This document shows positions 47,601 through 60,559 of a stretch of DNA of 64,000 nucleotides, one piece after another. Made by a program: the position numbers and the translations under genes. The stretch lies in the NCBI RefSeq assembly GCF_037042905.1, contig NC_087245.1, forward strand, positions 1,178,001-1,242,000. Reading direction: 5' to 3'. Under the pieces are notes generated by a model. The model was not told where the DNA came from. It worked only from the letters and a program-made list of their open reading frames with translations, and made no database searches. The DNA is from Lytechinus pictus (lineage: Eukaryota). The stretch's first letter is position 1, and each line of letters begins with the position of its first letter.

Positions 47601-48235
47601 TCGACCTCAATATCTCAACGTCGCTTTGTAATCCAAGTTGCTATACGACATAAATATTTAACGTCGTGTTGCAAATCGAATTAAAAGAAGACATTAATTC
47701 TGCGAAGAAAGGATGTCCTCTTGATATTCGTGTTATATTTCGATTGACAAAAAATGTAAATATTTCATCTTGTGTTATGAGTGAACCGATTACACGACGT
47801 CACAATGTCGTGTTGCAAATCGAATTATAACGTAACTTAAATGTTGACATCATTTCGTGATTATAATTGCAACACGAACAAACAAACAAACGATGTAAAT
47901 AACATTAATTAACAACAGCCTACAGCAGCATGGTCAGTACAATGTTGGTGGTCGTATAAATGTTTCGTTGATAATGAAAATTTTCATTAAAAAAACCAAA
48001 TGACGTGAACATTTCTTTTCAATTTGTGTTTGTTGTACTGCAGGGTGTCGCGACCGATTCTGTTCTATTAAACGACCACCTCGAGTCAAGCAAAAGTAAC
48101 ATATATGAAAGCACTGATATCGATGTCGAGATGGTTGATACTCCAAGTGGAGCTGGATTGCAAGAAACCAATGGATCACACCTCAACCACGCTTATGACA
48201 TGACGGATGAGATGATGGGGAGGTCGAGCTTATGA
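35587..48235 (+). CDS. HYR (hyalin repeat) domain type I membrane glycoprotein: signal peptide, 5 HYR-like domains, mucin-like stalk, TM, cytoplasmic tail; in-frame TAA at 45250-45252
   Basis: Exons 35587-35680, 39277-39492, 39932-40201, 40724-40972, 41824-42096, 42396-42626, 43422-43451, 44915-45274, 46007-46042, 47278-47456, 48044-48235, all GT-AG and phase-compatible (2130 nt, 709 aa if the TAA is ignored). HYR consensus DxEPPxxxCPDDI...FP.G...V.....D..GN...CSFNV.V in two exons, diverged HYR-like in three. Confidence 0.85.
38051..38582. mobile_element. MITE with cccggggggg termini
   Basis: TIRs cccgggggggggcactc / gagtgccccccccggg; tgaccatg duplicated at 38043-38050 and 38583-38590; internal cc(g)ctccaagg repeats. 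Confidence 0.82.
39277..39492 (+). CDS. HYR-like domain 1 exon
   Basis: ttacag|AT GTT...AGT T|gtaagt; 216 nt; ...RLPVGTTEVTVTAY...GNCTFNITVS. Confidence 0.88.
39932..40201 (+). CDS. HYR-like domain 2 exon
   Basis: gacag|TG GAT GAG...GTC G|gtgagt; 270 nt; DELPIACPA...TDPGE...RFPVGIH...KQCNFTLIVV. Confidence 0.88.
40724..40972 (+). CDS. HYR domain 3 exon (not in the ORF track)
   Basis: accag|AT GTA GAA CCA CCA...GCA T|gtgagt; 249 nt; DVEPPTVTCPDDI...SRFPIGNSTVTISVTDGAGNQGDCSFNVNVA. Confidence 0.92.
41824..42096 (+). CDS. HYR-like domain 4 exon
   Basis: tttcag|TA CAA GAG...GAA G|gtaaca; 273 nt; QELPITCPA...ETDRGQPYF...SKTCIEASVQVE. Confidence 0.88.
42396..42626 (+). CDS. HYR domain 5 exon
   Basis: aacag|AT CGA GAA CCT CCT...ATT G|gtaaga; 231 nt; DREPPVIVCPDDI...FSVGTTNYTFIISDRSGNNASCSFNVTVEI. 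Confidence 0.92.
43146..43387. mobile_element. TA-flanked MITE (CAC termini) just upstream of the 30-nt micro-exon
   Basis: TA|cactgtgaaaaaatattgggtaaaat ... ttttcacccaatattttttttagagtg|TA. Confidence 0.72.
43422..43451 (+). CDS. 30-nt stalk micro-exon
   Basis: ttcctttatag|TC CCG GAA TCA ACG ACT GCC TCA ACT GAA G|gtaagg; phase 1-1. Confidence 0.75.
44915..45274 (+). CDS. Ser/Thr/Pro-rich mucin-like stalk exon containing in-frame TAA
   Basis: ttttcacag|CT AGA CGT...ACA AGA TAA CAG CCT GGA ACT GTG AGC TCT G|gtaaat; 360 nt; phase 1-1. Confidence 0.8.
46007..46042 (+). CDS. 36-nt stalk micro-exon
   Basis: tttcag|AG TCT ACC AAT GTG ATG GAG ACA ACA GTG GGT AAC G|gtaaga; phase 1-1. Confidence 0.75.
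47278..47456 (+). CDS. Transmembrane exon
   Basis: catag|AT GAC CAG...AGA CAT|gtaagt; LPIIIGCSVAAGVILIIIIILVVIC followed by STPSRRR (positive-inside). Confidence 0.88.
48044..48235 (+). CDS. Cytoplasmic tail exon with stop
   Basis: ctgcag|GGT GTC GCG...AGC TTA TGA; ...NIYESTD...LNHAYDM...GRSSL*. Confidence 0.85.
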   Translation, partial: GVATDSVLLNDHLESSKSNIYESTDIDVEMVDTPSGAGLQETNGSHLNHAYDMTDEMMGRSSL

Positions 48236-50435
48236 GTCTTGGACATCGAAGACGATATCATCCTCCTTTCAATTAAGAATGTGCATCCAACCTAACTTAT
48301 TATTTTTTAATAAACCAAATCCCCGGATGCACTCGCAGCTTCTTCTTTTTAAAAAACTGTATTATAATTTAATAGTTTTTCTTTAAAATCTCTCAGAAGA
48401 AACTATATGGTATTATAAAAGAGATCTAACCATCAATGATACCGCCAAACAAAGAGGAAGGGGTAAAGTTCCACGGCCAAGAAAAAAAATGGGAGAAATG
48501 GGGGAAGGAGAGGAAAGAAGGTGAAATATATTAGTTGTTGAATATTATCTAAAAATCTATTATAAAATTAAATTTTCATTTTCCCACATGCTGTGTACCC
48601 CTAAAATCTTTGGCTCACATACGCCACTGATCTAGGTGAAATGTGAAATTTTGCTATATGGCATGTTTTTGAGCGATCACTTATTCCACATGTTCCATCC
48701 ATTGCAACTCCCCGTCAATCATGAATCCAATGTACTTAGCCATTTTTTCTCTTTTCAGACGATTGTCATTTAGTGTGACAAAAGAAAACCTTTTCTCCAT
48801 TAAGGATTAATTGTTGTCCAATGAACCCCACAAAAGTTCATTTCACTATTCTAATTCATTACTAGATTATAATGGTCTGCCCTGTTATGATGTAAAGAAA
48901 ATGAAATAAAATGTGTTTTATTTAATAAATTAACAGACTTTACTATCAAAGTTAATTTCGATCGTGTGCATATGTATTTTTCTGTTGTTTATATAACATC
49001 CCTTTTAAAAATAGGGAAGACTTAAAATACTAGGATCCTTTACAGTATATTTCTAATAATTTGAACAATAGTTGTTTAGAAGGTTATTTTAAAAAAAAGC
49101 ATTACCGAGACAGGGTACTAGATGCCAATTTTAAGTATAACGGCTGAAAAAATATATTGATCACTAAACTATTCTAAGATGGGAATATTAGATAATATCA
49201 AATTTATTATTTCTTAATACTCTAGTTAAAAAAACTACATGATCCTTTGTAATATGTTTAGACAAGCTTTTAAACTTAAACATTGCACTCTAGCTCAACT
49301 CACTTTATATTGTCATAACAGTACGTGTTTACAGGCCTTGTATTACCACTCTCAGTTGTAGCTCCTATATTTGTATATGAGTTTGAGTTTGAGTTTATTC
49401 ATTTACTTAACAACAATAAAAATAACGATAACAATGTGTTAACATCACAGCACAAACGTTACTATTCTAGTATACAGATGTAATTGCTAACATTATAAAG
49501 GATAAAATGAGAATACAAACAATAAATCTGAATACATAAAATGTGACGTGCGTGTATAAACCTAAAACAAATGTGTTAACATTTTTAAAGATCCCAGTCA
49601 CAGTTTCCAATATTGATAATCTAACAATAAGATACGTATATAGTTGAATGTTGTTGTTGAGAAGGAACCAGAAGGTAGCACAAGTATATCGTTCATAAGT
49701 TTATGAAATATATCAATTTGTATGACTGCAAAGACTAGGGATGAATGCATTTATGTCAAATGTTCCTAATGGTCATGCTGACGTGATGTGTGTACAAATC
49801 AAAACAGAAAATGTGTATTTGTAATATTCTGTTTTCATATTTTATTTGCAAACCCTTCTGCTCAATGCTTAGTCCAGTCGGCATGTAAAATCTATTTCAT
49901 CCATTTAATTAGTATTTTGTTGATCAATAGATTTTTTTCAAATATATAGTCAATGATAAATTGTATGATGTGTATAATAATGTATGTTTTTTTTATTGTA
50001 TGATGTAATACCCGACTAACGTTGAGAGAGAGAGAGAGAGAGTACCAAAAAAGTGATAGTGTAGAAGATATGAGCCTGAAGTTAATGATCGTTTTAGCCT
50101 ACGATTCGCATTCATGCATCTTCTTCATATGTCATTGTACAGTAGATCCATGATTTGAACATTGTCAATATACTAATAAGGTATGCACGCAAATCCTTTG
50201 GTTTCTAATGACGTTGTGTGTTTAGGGGATTTTTTAACTGTGGTCTGGCTTGAAATGCATGCAATTAACTCTTTGCTATTGAAAGTTACAAATGTCGATT
50301 TTTATTTACTGAAAGAATTGACTATCAATTCTTTATTCAAGTACAAAAAGGTTAACCTATTATTTTGTTGCTATAAGTATTGAAATTGGGATGTTGTTTT
50401 CATTTCCTTACTATATCCCGATAAAATATGTATCC

Positions 50436-50812
50436 GATTAATTTCCAATTCGTCCTATTGCCCACTCGTTTACTATCATTTGGTCTACCATCAGTTCGTC
50501 CACTATCCATATGGTTCAAATGCCATTTCGTCCAATTACCATTTCGTCTACTAACCAGTTGGTCCAATAGCCATTTAGTCCATATACCATTTGGTCCAAT
50601 TGGACCAAGTGTTAATTGTGCGAAGTGAATGAAAATGAAATGGATATGGTTATGAGAAGAAATGGTCATAGACGAAATGTTGATTAGACAAAGTGATGAT
50701 TGGACCAAATGGCTGGTAGACGAAATGTTGATGGACGGACTGGCATTAGACTAAATGAAAGCAGACATTTGTTGAGTGGACGAGTTGGCAATAGACGAAT
50801 TGGCAATTAACC
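50436..50812. mobile_element. MITE with inverted arrays of ~15-bp subrepeats
   Basis: gattaatttccaattcgtcctattgccc / ggcaatagacgaattggcaattaacc; ccatttcgtc units on the left, gacgaaatg units on the right. Confidence 0.72.
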
Positions 50813-51015
50813 TATAATCCTGGCTATGACTCTTCCATGATTCAATTTTTTCTCTGTTGCCTCCGATACTTTTTGTTTGTATGATTTTATTCTGGAACTT
50901 ATGATATCTGTATTCCAAAATTTATCTGTGAGTTATTTATATTGATCGTCATGCATCTAAATTATTTGAACATGATTAACTGCATTAAAGTGTAAATTCT
51001 ACTCATTGTTATATT

Positions 51016-51187
51016 TGGGCGTTGTGGCGTGCGCCTGTAATCCAAGCTGTGGGGAAGTTACAAATTGATGCAGAGGATCGAGGTTCGAGCCCTGGTCACG
51101 TCTTTCGGATGGTGACGTTAAAGGTCGGTCCCAGACGTAAATAATCATATCTGATTGATACACGTCTGACAAAACTCAAATACACAC
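51016..51187 (+). mobile_element. SINE copy 3 (same family)
   Basis: tgggcgttgtggcgtgcgcctgtaatccaagctg...gaggatcgaggttcgagccctgg...aaatacacac. Confidence 0.85.
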
Positions 51188-51651
51188 GATCTATAATTGG
51201 CAGCTGTAAAATGTGTATGTTTTTTATTCTTTATATAGGCCTACATGTATGTAGAAGTATTTTTATGCATATTTTAGCCCTAGATGCTAACCATGTGAAT
51301 TCTTAATAAATTATTACTCTTTGTATACCTTTCTTTTATGTTTATATCTTCTGTTTATTGATATGATCAAAACATGTTTGTTGATTTATGGTGTAGGCCT
51401 AATATGCAAGTAAGAACGTACTGGTGTATAAAAGAGATAACTTTCATAATATAGTTCAGTATTAAAATGTCATGCCCGTTCTCTATTCACATGGATACTA
51501 TCCCTCGGATCATGCTCGGATATAAACCGTGGATATATAGCCACTTTCTTGGGCAATACTCGATACTCTCCTAAGGGACAATCATTAAGATCAACCTCCA
51601 AGAAAATGACCCCCATACGTCATAGGTACCCATATTGTAGCAGTGTCAATA

Positions 51652-52563
51652 TAAACCCCTAAAAAAAGTTTGGAAATCTGAGTTTGGCCATTAATTTCTC
51701 CCAACTCCCAATTTTACACAATGCATATTTGACATCATTCAAAAGTTAATTTAATTCTCTTTAAAATTATACCATGATTGTTATGGTCATGCCATCACGA
51801 AAAGAGCAAGATTCAAAAGTGTTGGATAAGGTCTGAATTGAAAAGCTGCAAAACGAGCAAAAACAAGTTTGAAAATCTGAGTTTGGCCATTTCTCCCAAC
51901 TCCCGATTTTACACATTGCATATTTGATACCAGCCAAAAGATCATTTAATTCTCTTTAAAATGATACCATGCTTGTTATGATCATGCAATCACGAAAAGA
52001 GCAGGATTCAAAAGTGTTGGATAAGGTCTGAATTGAAAAGCTGCAAAACGAGCAGAAATAGTCATGAAGGGTCAATACAGAACATGATTCTTTTGTCTGT
52101 GTCAATAGAGATGAAAATCCATTCAAATCAAGCCCCTGCTTCTTCATTTTTTTGTTTTGTTGTGGTTTATGTAGTGGTGGTTATGTGAGATAACATGGTC
52201 TGAGTCGTGGTTTGAAATACCCATGCATGTTTGTTTGTTTGTTATGTGTTTGCTTGTGCAGAGGTGTGTTTGATTGGTGCATGAAAACAATTAAAGGAAA
52301 CCGCTGAGAAACTCACTCATCACCACGGAAAAAAGAACAGTGACTTTCAATATTGTGTCATTTTGCCACTTTTGAATTTTGACCTTGCCCCACATTTCAA
52401 GGCACTGCGCCTCCATGTGAACCATAATCATATCATGTAGGGTATCATTTTAAATAGAATTAAATGATATATTCATTGATATTAATTACACATTGATATT
52501 TACTTAAACCAAGGAGGGATTATCGATCAAATTCAGATTTCCAAACTTTTTTTGAGGAGTTTA
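51652..52563. mobile_element. TA-flanked MITE with internal ~200-bp tandem duplication
   Basis: taaacccctaaaaaaagtttggaaatctga / tcagatttccaaactttttttgaggagttta; 51668-51860 repeated at 51867-52053. Confidence 0.78.
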
Positions 52564-52886
52564 TATATGTATATATATTATCATACAAGACCTCCCCTTT
52601 TTACTCTTCTTCCTCCTTTTATCGCTGGTTACTCTAATTTTTCGTTTCCCCTCTTTTAAAAACTATTTGAAATTCATAAAGAAAGCGGTCGCCCAACTGC
52701 ACCACCCATCCACCGTCCCACCGCCTCTTCTGCCAGGAGTATGAATATAGTATTGATAAGAATTTGGTTCTTGAAGATTGAGGAAAAACAGTGAGGCGAC
52801 AACCTTGCCATCTGTATTTTCTTTACCCTTTTCCGAATGACTTCTTCCCAGTAAATTGCACAGTATTGTACAACTACAACATGTAT

Positions 52887-54112
52887 AAGGGCGGACCCAG
52901 CCTTCGCAAATAAGGGGGGGGGGCGCGGAATTTTTTTCAGCCACATTTTCCCCGATCAGCCACTCGAAGTTGATTTTTGTTTGTTTCTTTGAAGGGATAG
53001 TCGTACTTCTAAGCTTTATTCTTATAAATCAACATAAATAATCCCATAAGCTTTATTTAAATAGTGCGAGCGCGAAGCGCGAGCTATTTTTTTTCATTTC
53101 ATGTATTTTGTTCTAAAATTTAAACATTCTTGGCAATGTTTATGACCCTAAACGAGATGTGTATCCAACTAAATAATTACTGCGAGTGCGAAGCGCGAGC
53201 AGAAATCTTTAATATACGTTTTGATCTGATCCAAAAGGGATCTGTTAACGGTTGCTTGCAGTTAGCCATGAAGACGTTACATATTTCAACAGTCAAAAAA
53301 TGCGAGCGCGAAGCACGAGTTGAAAATTTTGACATTTCTACCTGAAGAATTGAAATTCTAAGCACTTTTTGTAATCGTGAAAAGGATAATTATATAACTA
53401 TACAATTGATGCGAGCGCGAGCGGAAAAATTCGAAATTTACACCTAAAAATGGGACACGAGCATTCTTACTTCGTAAAACAAAAAACAGTATAATATATT
53501 CCATTCTGAAAAAGGGACAATTTGATTATTAAATTAATATCTTATTAATATAATAAACCTAATGAGAGCGCGAAATCTTCTTATATTATGGCCTGAAAAT
53601 CAATGCGAGCGCAAACCGCGAGCCGAAATTTTTGATAAACTGTCATGAAATGGGGATTTTAAGTAAACTGACCTAAATAGGGATATTTCGAGAACCTTCT
53701 GAAATACAGGAAAATAATAGGTACCTGACAAATCAAATTTTGCGAGCGCACAGCGCGAGCAAAAATGTTAATATTTAGACCATAAACATAAAATTTACAG
53801 AGCACTTTTTCAAAATCAATTTGTCAAAAAAAAAATGAAAATTCGATTTTCAAGCTAAAATATGTTTTCTTTATGGCAAAAAAGGCAATGCGAGCGCGAA
53901 TCGCGAGCGAAAATTTTAGTGACATGAAAGATTGTTTTTATCATTTTCCAAGTCTTCCCCTCATCTTATTTTATTCACTCGTCTTCCTCCTCTTATGTTT
54001 CTCCTTTTTTTTCTCCCCTCTTTTCCCTTTTTTTTTTTTTTTTCTATCCCCCGTTTTTTTTGCTCCGCCAATGGCGGGGGGGGGGGGGGGCTCGGCCCCT
54101 CTGGATCCGCCT
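52887..54112. mobile_element. Non-autonomous DNA transposon with gcgagcgcgaagcgcgagc subrepeats
   Basis: Ends aagggcggacccag / ctggatccgccta; internal ~80-bp units as at 32560-33280. Confidence 0.72.
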
Positions 54113-55027
54113 ATGCAACTACACTTTATTTTCAAAGAATACACAGTATTTGATACAAACATCTGAACGCATTAAAATCTTCTTGACTAATGACATTAAT
54201 CATGTTAATGAGTCAGAATGGCAGTGCGTGGGTGACGGTATAATTATTTTCATGTTAGTCTAGACATCTCCATTCATGATTTGTAATTGTGTATTCTCAT
54301 TATCTGAGTAAATTGCTCAGCATTTTAAAACTGCGATCCAATTTTCAAAAATTGACATTACTTGATACAACATCGGCGCATTTATTTATTAATGATAATG
54401 ACATGAGCTGGAATCGGTGATGGTGGCGTTTCCACGATTTTCTTATTAGTCCAGACACGCTATTTAAGTGCCCGTTTTAAATAATTTATGTTCATTGCAT
54501 TTGATGGAAGTTTCGATCGATTTATAATGGAAATTAGTTCCAACTAATTAATAATCCGATCCAAATGATTCGTACAACATGCGATCCAATTTTATTATGT
54601 GCTTTTATTAAAACTTAATTAGTGTCTATACATCATTTTGATGGAAGATCCAATTTTTTTTATTCGTTGAACGAGAATAAAACTTTTCGGTAAAGATTTT
54701 TTTTTCAAAAGTGTCGATTTGAGTTGATTCAATCCTGGCTGATTACGATGAAGGCGTTATGATAAAGACAAGGTGACATGTTATGATGTTTTTAAAACAA
54801 CTAATAGAGCAAACATTAATATGTGTTATCGTGGGTTTAATTAATCAAATATCATTAATCAGGTAGGGGGTTTGCAATCTCTCCACGCGTTTCATTTCGC
54901 GAGTGAGCAAATGAACGAGCAAAAAATCCTTACTTTCAAGAGCGATATTTAAAAAAAAAATTGGTCTTGTAATGTAATAAGGTATATGATAGGATATGGA
55001 TGGGAATGAGATTTAGGTTAAAATTAC

Positions 55028-55232
55028 GAAGGTTCGTTATTCCAAAGGTACTTTATTCCGAAGGTATTTCCCATACCTCGATGTTCGTTAATCCGAAAAC
55101 GAAAAAGGGTTCGTTAATCTGAAAATTTGTGGCATTATTCTGACTGTTCATTTATCCGAAAACAAAGAGGGTTTCGTTATTCCGATGGTTCGTTAGTCCG
55201 AAAACGAAATAAGGTTCGTTAATCCGAAAAAT
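55028..55232 (+). repeat. Short tandem array gaaggttcgtta(a/t)tccgaa
   Basis: Several 15-30-bp degenerate units. Confidence 0.65.
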
Positions 55233-57900
55233 GAAAGAATCTGTGGCGAAACTGGGAAAACAGGAAGGGCAAGGGTGTTGGAGGGGGGGGGGGTAGAAAC
55301 ACCGATGTTGTTCATTTGTAATGAGGATGGGAAGGCAGGGGCGGCGGAACGATTTTTGTTTGGGGGCAAAGCCAAAAAGGGCAGTTATAATGTCAAAATG
55401 GGCATTTTGGTGCTATTTTCACCATGAGATTATCATCTGCGTGAAGTCGTTATGTGTTTGGTAGTAATTAATTTTAGCAAAGCTGGTGGCTGTTTTACCC
55501 CGCCCCAGCCAAAAAAGGGGGGATCGATGTCCCTGTTTGAGGTCTTAATCGCTCCTATTCTGGTCCAAACAATCACCATCCCCACCCAACCTTCCGACAA
55601 GTCCTTTCATAAAAGGCTCCCCAGATGATACTATTAAGCTCGCTATCGTGGTCGATACTAGTCACGCGCGGTTCAACTGGGGGGGGGGGGGGGGGTGGCT
55701 CGAGTCCCCAAAGCCCCCCCCCCCCCTTCCCCCAAAAAAGAAGAAGACATCGCTAAAGCCCAACAAAGCTTTCGATCACAAACAAGGAATATAAATACAT
55801 AATTATCTCGGCCCTATATACGAAATGTAGATGAAGCGCTCCCCTGAATAAAACAGGCTATATAGTTTGATTCCAAATGCGATTCATTAATCATATTGAA
55901 TTATTAATCTCTAATCATGATAAGAGATTGTTTGAGTTTCGTTCTATATTTGAGGCATATATGTTCCGGTTAACCGTGCAATGTTGCCATGATAATTATG
56001 CATTCTAATATTCTAAAATACTCTTGTACCTGATCTCAATTATACTCAGATAAATATTAATAGATCGCCTTCATCATCTATTTGAATACTGAAAACTATT
56101 CACTTTTAATAGCAACGTTTATCGGCCATGTAACAAAACAAACTAACTATCGATGCAGATAGAGATTATATTGCATTTTTAGTGTTTTTAACTCAGTCAT
56201 TTGAATTAACCCTTTCATCATTAACAGGATTAAAGTTGATTATAGCCCTTTGTTGTGATTATGCCGATTGGCCCCCATATTAATAATTTGTTTGATTCGC
56301 TACAGAATGATGTATAATAGTCTTAACAAGTAGATGATGAAATACCTCAATGCAGGGTCGTAATAACAAAAAGTTTTTTTATTGAAAAGGAGACCCCCCA
56401 AAAAAAATTTTTAATATATTTTAAAACTTTTTTAACAAATAATGCATTTTCCTCTATTCGTTAAAGCTATACTCAGTGTTTGTTTTATTTTTTGAAAATT
56501 GTTTTTCCGCGTTCACAACAATACATTATCAAAATTATTTAAATTGTTTGCAACATACAAAAATAATCCATAATTTATACAATAAAATCATAACACACAA
56601 TCAGAAAAAAAAAATTACGTGAGCATATACTTCACTTTTGATAATAAAAATCAACATCAACTAATGAACGCAGGATACCGCCACTGTGCATGTTGATGGC
56701 TGCCTCAAAAAACGGTTCTTGACCAAGTTTGATGTTTATTGATCAAGTAGGTGCAATGCAGGTGCACGTGCGGGTGCTGTAGATAGCAGTAGAATTAATT
56801 TTAAGTTAGTTATTAATGGATGCCAATTGATTTTCACTGAATTTATAACAAAAAAAAACATATTTCCAAAGATTACTTCTCGCAAATCATGGAAAATATA
56901 ATATTTCAAAAATGCATAGGAGCTTCAAATTACAAAATTAGCAAAAAGGGGAACTCCAGGCTTAATCTTAATGAACAGAGTAAAATTCAACGAGGAATAC
57001 GCTGAAAAGTTCCGCTGATTTACATAAAAATAGTTCTGTACATCCTTATACGAATGAAATATCACATTTTTCGATTCATTTGCAGGAGCCGCAGAAGGAA
57101 TTAAAAGTAGGGGGATAGGACCCTAGTATAGATTTGTTACTAGGGGGTTCTGGCTTGGAAGAAAAATCTGACAAGCAGAAAAAAAAATTCTTACTAAAAA
57201 ATAAAGGTGATTTTGGTCAGGAAAAATTAACAAGCAAAATGAAAAAAATAATGAAAAACTAAACATAAATGTTTTCGCCAAAAATTTGAGATGATTTTGG
57301 TGAAATTCCGAGTTCTTAGCATACTTACCTGATTTATAGGGGGTGCTGCCTTTGGTAGATAACACACGCAGCACCCCAGGCAAATCTTGCTGGTACTTAA
57401 GCACTCCGGCTCCCCGGAGCCATGAAGTGTGTGTGTGTGTGGGGGGGGGGCTGAGTAATGCATGCAACACTTGGCGGTAATTTTTAGCACCCACTCAGTT
57501 CCCGCGACCCCTTATTTGATAATAAAGATTATCTCTATAAAATTGCAAAAAACAAAACAAAACAAATATGGCAATGATGATTTCAAATTTTCTTTGAGAA
57601 AATATATGAATTTTTACATTAATGGATATAAAAGTGAAATGAAATGAAAATATGAAGGAAATTATTAGTTTATGACGTCACTGGCTTCTTCATACCACCC
57701 ATTCCCAAAATACACACCTCGTCAAGAGTCATGACTAATGACATCTCTTGTATTTGTGTATAAACCTAACGACCTAATACTTTGGTAATGATCGGAACAG
57801 AGGATATCATGGCGCCTGTACACAATGAACCTTGAAATCGTTGTGGGGGGGGGGGCATTTAAAATTTAGGGTACAAAGAGGAAAAGCGGCAAATATATAT

Positions 57901-59469
57901 ACAACAAAAGTATAAAAAAAAACAAAAAAAAAGTAAGTCCCCCCTAAATCAAAATGCTGTAACTTTTGAACGGAAGAATTTTGAGATATAATATTTCGTA
58001 GTTGATTTTTAACACTCATTATGCAACTCCTTGGGGAAAATGAGATTGATCGGTTGAGTCATGCATGAGTAATCAAAGATTGAATTAAAAATGACAATTT
58101 TTTAAAGTCACAAGAGTCGTTTTTCAAATTGTGTTAATAAAAAGTTGGGCGAAAGTTGTTTGTTGTTAATGCTGTTTTAACATCCATTATTTAGCCACTA
58201 CTCACAATTTTTTTTATAACGTATATGTTCATGGTTTAGTGAGCGCAATTTTTGTGATGTATCATCATAGGGGTTTATGGTAAAGCTATAAATAAAAAAA
58301 AACATGTTAAAAATTTGGAAAATGTTAGTGGCTCCCCTCCACAATTTCTCGCCCCCCTCCCCATTTGCAAATTCTGGATCCACTACTGATTAGTCCATAA
58401 ATTCAACTGATCCTTAGAAATTGTTAGGAAAAGAATGCATTTATATGCAATATAAAGAGTATTTATTCCTAAGCTTTGTAGTCTGCTCGCTCAACCATGA
58501 AAGTGTAAAAAGTTCGGAAAGTGTGAGGTGATAAAAATGATGGATGATTAAAAACAACAACAATTAAGTTAAATTTGAAATCGAAATTACCCCCATTATT
58601 CACATTATAACTCCTCATAATGAGCATGGACCCAAAGGAGTCTGTGATATTGAAAATGCCCCTTTCCCCCTTTGAATACGTGCTCACTCGTCCATAAATA
58701 AACAAATCGATTTAATTTTTGCACATAATTTTCTGCCCATAGGTTGATATTACTGCCAAATGACATTGCTAAAGACAGGTTTGAAAAAAAAAGTTCCACC
58801 ACATTGAATAAGGGGTTACTTATTCTTAAACATATATGCACCCATAGTGTAACTGTAACACGATGTCTATGAGAGAGGAAATCAAAAGTAAAATGAGGGT
58901 TTGTTTTATGGACGGTTTTTGTTACTTCTGCCAACAAATTTTTTTTCATGAAACTTAGCACATGGCTTCAGAGTGACACTATCCAAAATGAAACAATACT
59001 TGCCTATGATATTTGAAAATCGTATTTTTTGTTTTCATTAAATGATGAATGCTGTTGAAGATTAAAGTCCCAAAATTAACTGTCATCATATTTGATAATT
59101 TTTATCGATAAAAAAGATCCAATTACAGGTAGCACATTTTGACTTGTGTTTATTCAACCGTGAAATTTAGCAAAAAAGTTGTATCATCTTTTAGAAAATA
59201 CCTTTCATAAACCTTCTGACGATTTTTCATGATATTCGTTCCAATAAAATAGAATCAAAGTCATGATATTTGGCTTGTAACTTTTAAAAAATTAAATTTT
59301 TGCCTTTTGGCGCTGCTCACTGAAGCATGACCTAAAATACGTCCGTAACATTCATTCAGAGGGTAGCTCATAACATTACCTACACGCTCATGTACAAATA
59401 TACTAAAAACTTCCAGTGGTTCGGAAATTATGGATGTTTGTTTCAGGTGGGACTCATGTTTTTGTTGTG
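57901..59469. mobile_element. Same family as 7505-9409, copy B, more diverged, with an internal deletion
   Basis: Colinear similarity (e.g. gggaaaatgagattgatcggttgagtcatgcatgagtaat, ccagtggttcggaaattatggatgtttg); lacks the segment corresponding to ~8563-8896. Confidence 0.85.
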
Positions 59470-60559
59470 TATATATGAGGAACAGAACTATGTTACATGG
59501 ATATCAAAACCAGAAAATGAGGATGAAACCATGGAAGCTACATGATGATATTTGTCTGACAGTCATTTACTAATTAGTGGCGACTGAGATGAATCGTTAT
59601 ATCAATATTTTGCATTTTTTCACAGAAATTATTATCATAATAATATGTGGGTTATTATTTTGTACATGACCTGTGTATGTGTATGTTGGGGGTATTATTC
59701 CTGGAAATTGTCCGCCCACTCGCGTGTGTATATTGTTTAACATCTGTGTATATGCTATTTGTCACAACAACTTGGGCCGGAATCTCCTGTTTATGGAATA
59801 CGTTCGTTTAAGTGATCAAATTTGTTAAAAGCATGCCTGTAATGAAGAATACGTTCCAATTGAATATCATAGCAAACAATGTGGAACAATACAAAAATCT
59901 ATTTCCAAGTAGCCATGGTTAGACGTTGAAATGCGATTTAAGACAGTATTATCTGAATTGAATTATTGAATTTGGATTATAAATGGTTTCATTTATTCAA
60001 AAGAGCAAAAGTAAAATGATTCACTTTTCATCTGCCTTTTATTTTTTCTATTTCACGTTCACTTTGTTGTACTCTCCCATTTTAACACCCTCTTCCATTT
60101 TGGATGAAAAACTAAGAAAGGTATTTATGTATAAATATCATGTTTATAAACCTACGCGATAATCTTATAGCAGAAATACGTAAGGCCCTGCACATACATG
60201 TGACAAACCTATTCATTCCTCATAAATGACGATCGAACTATCATTTCAACCATACTATCCATTTACTCTCTAACTGTTTCACATTCATTGAAAAATCATT
60301 GATTTGATTATAGCGCAATTGACTTGGTGAAAGCCGGTCCATACTTGACTGAGGATTTGACTTTACCCACAACCTCATGTCTTGAAACTTTATTTACCAC
60401 AATCTTCATAAAAACATACAAATCAAGAAGTATAAATATATCGATAAAATACATTATAACAAAAGTGAGTATATTTAAGAATAGTGGCAGGATCACTGAA
60501 AAGTTACAAGGAACTTATAAATTAGTGATCCTGAAATTAACACAAAACAGCACAATTAA

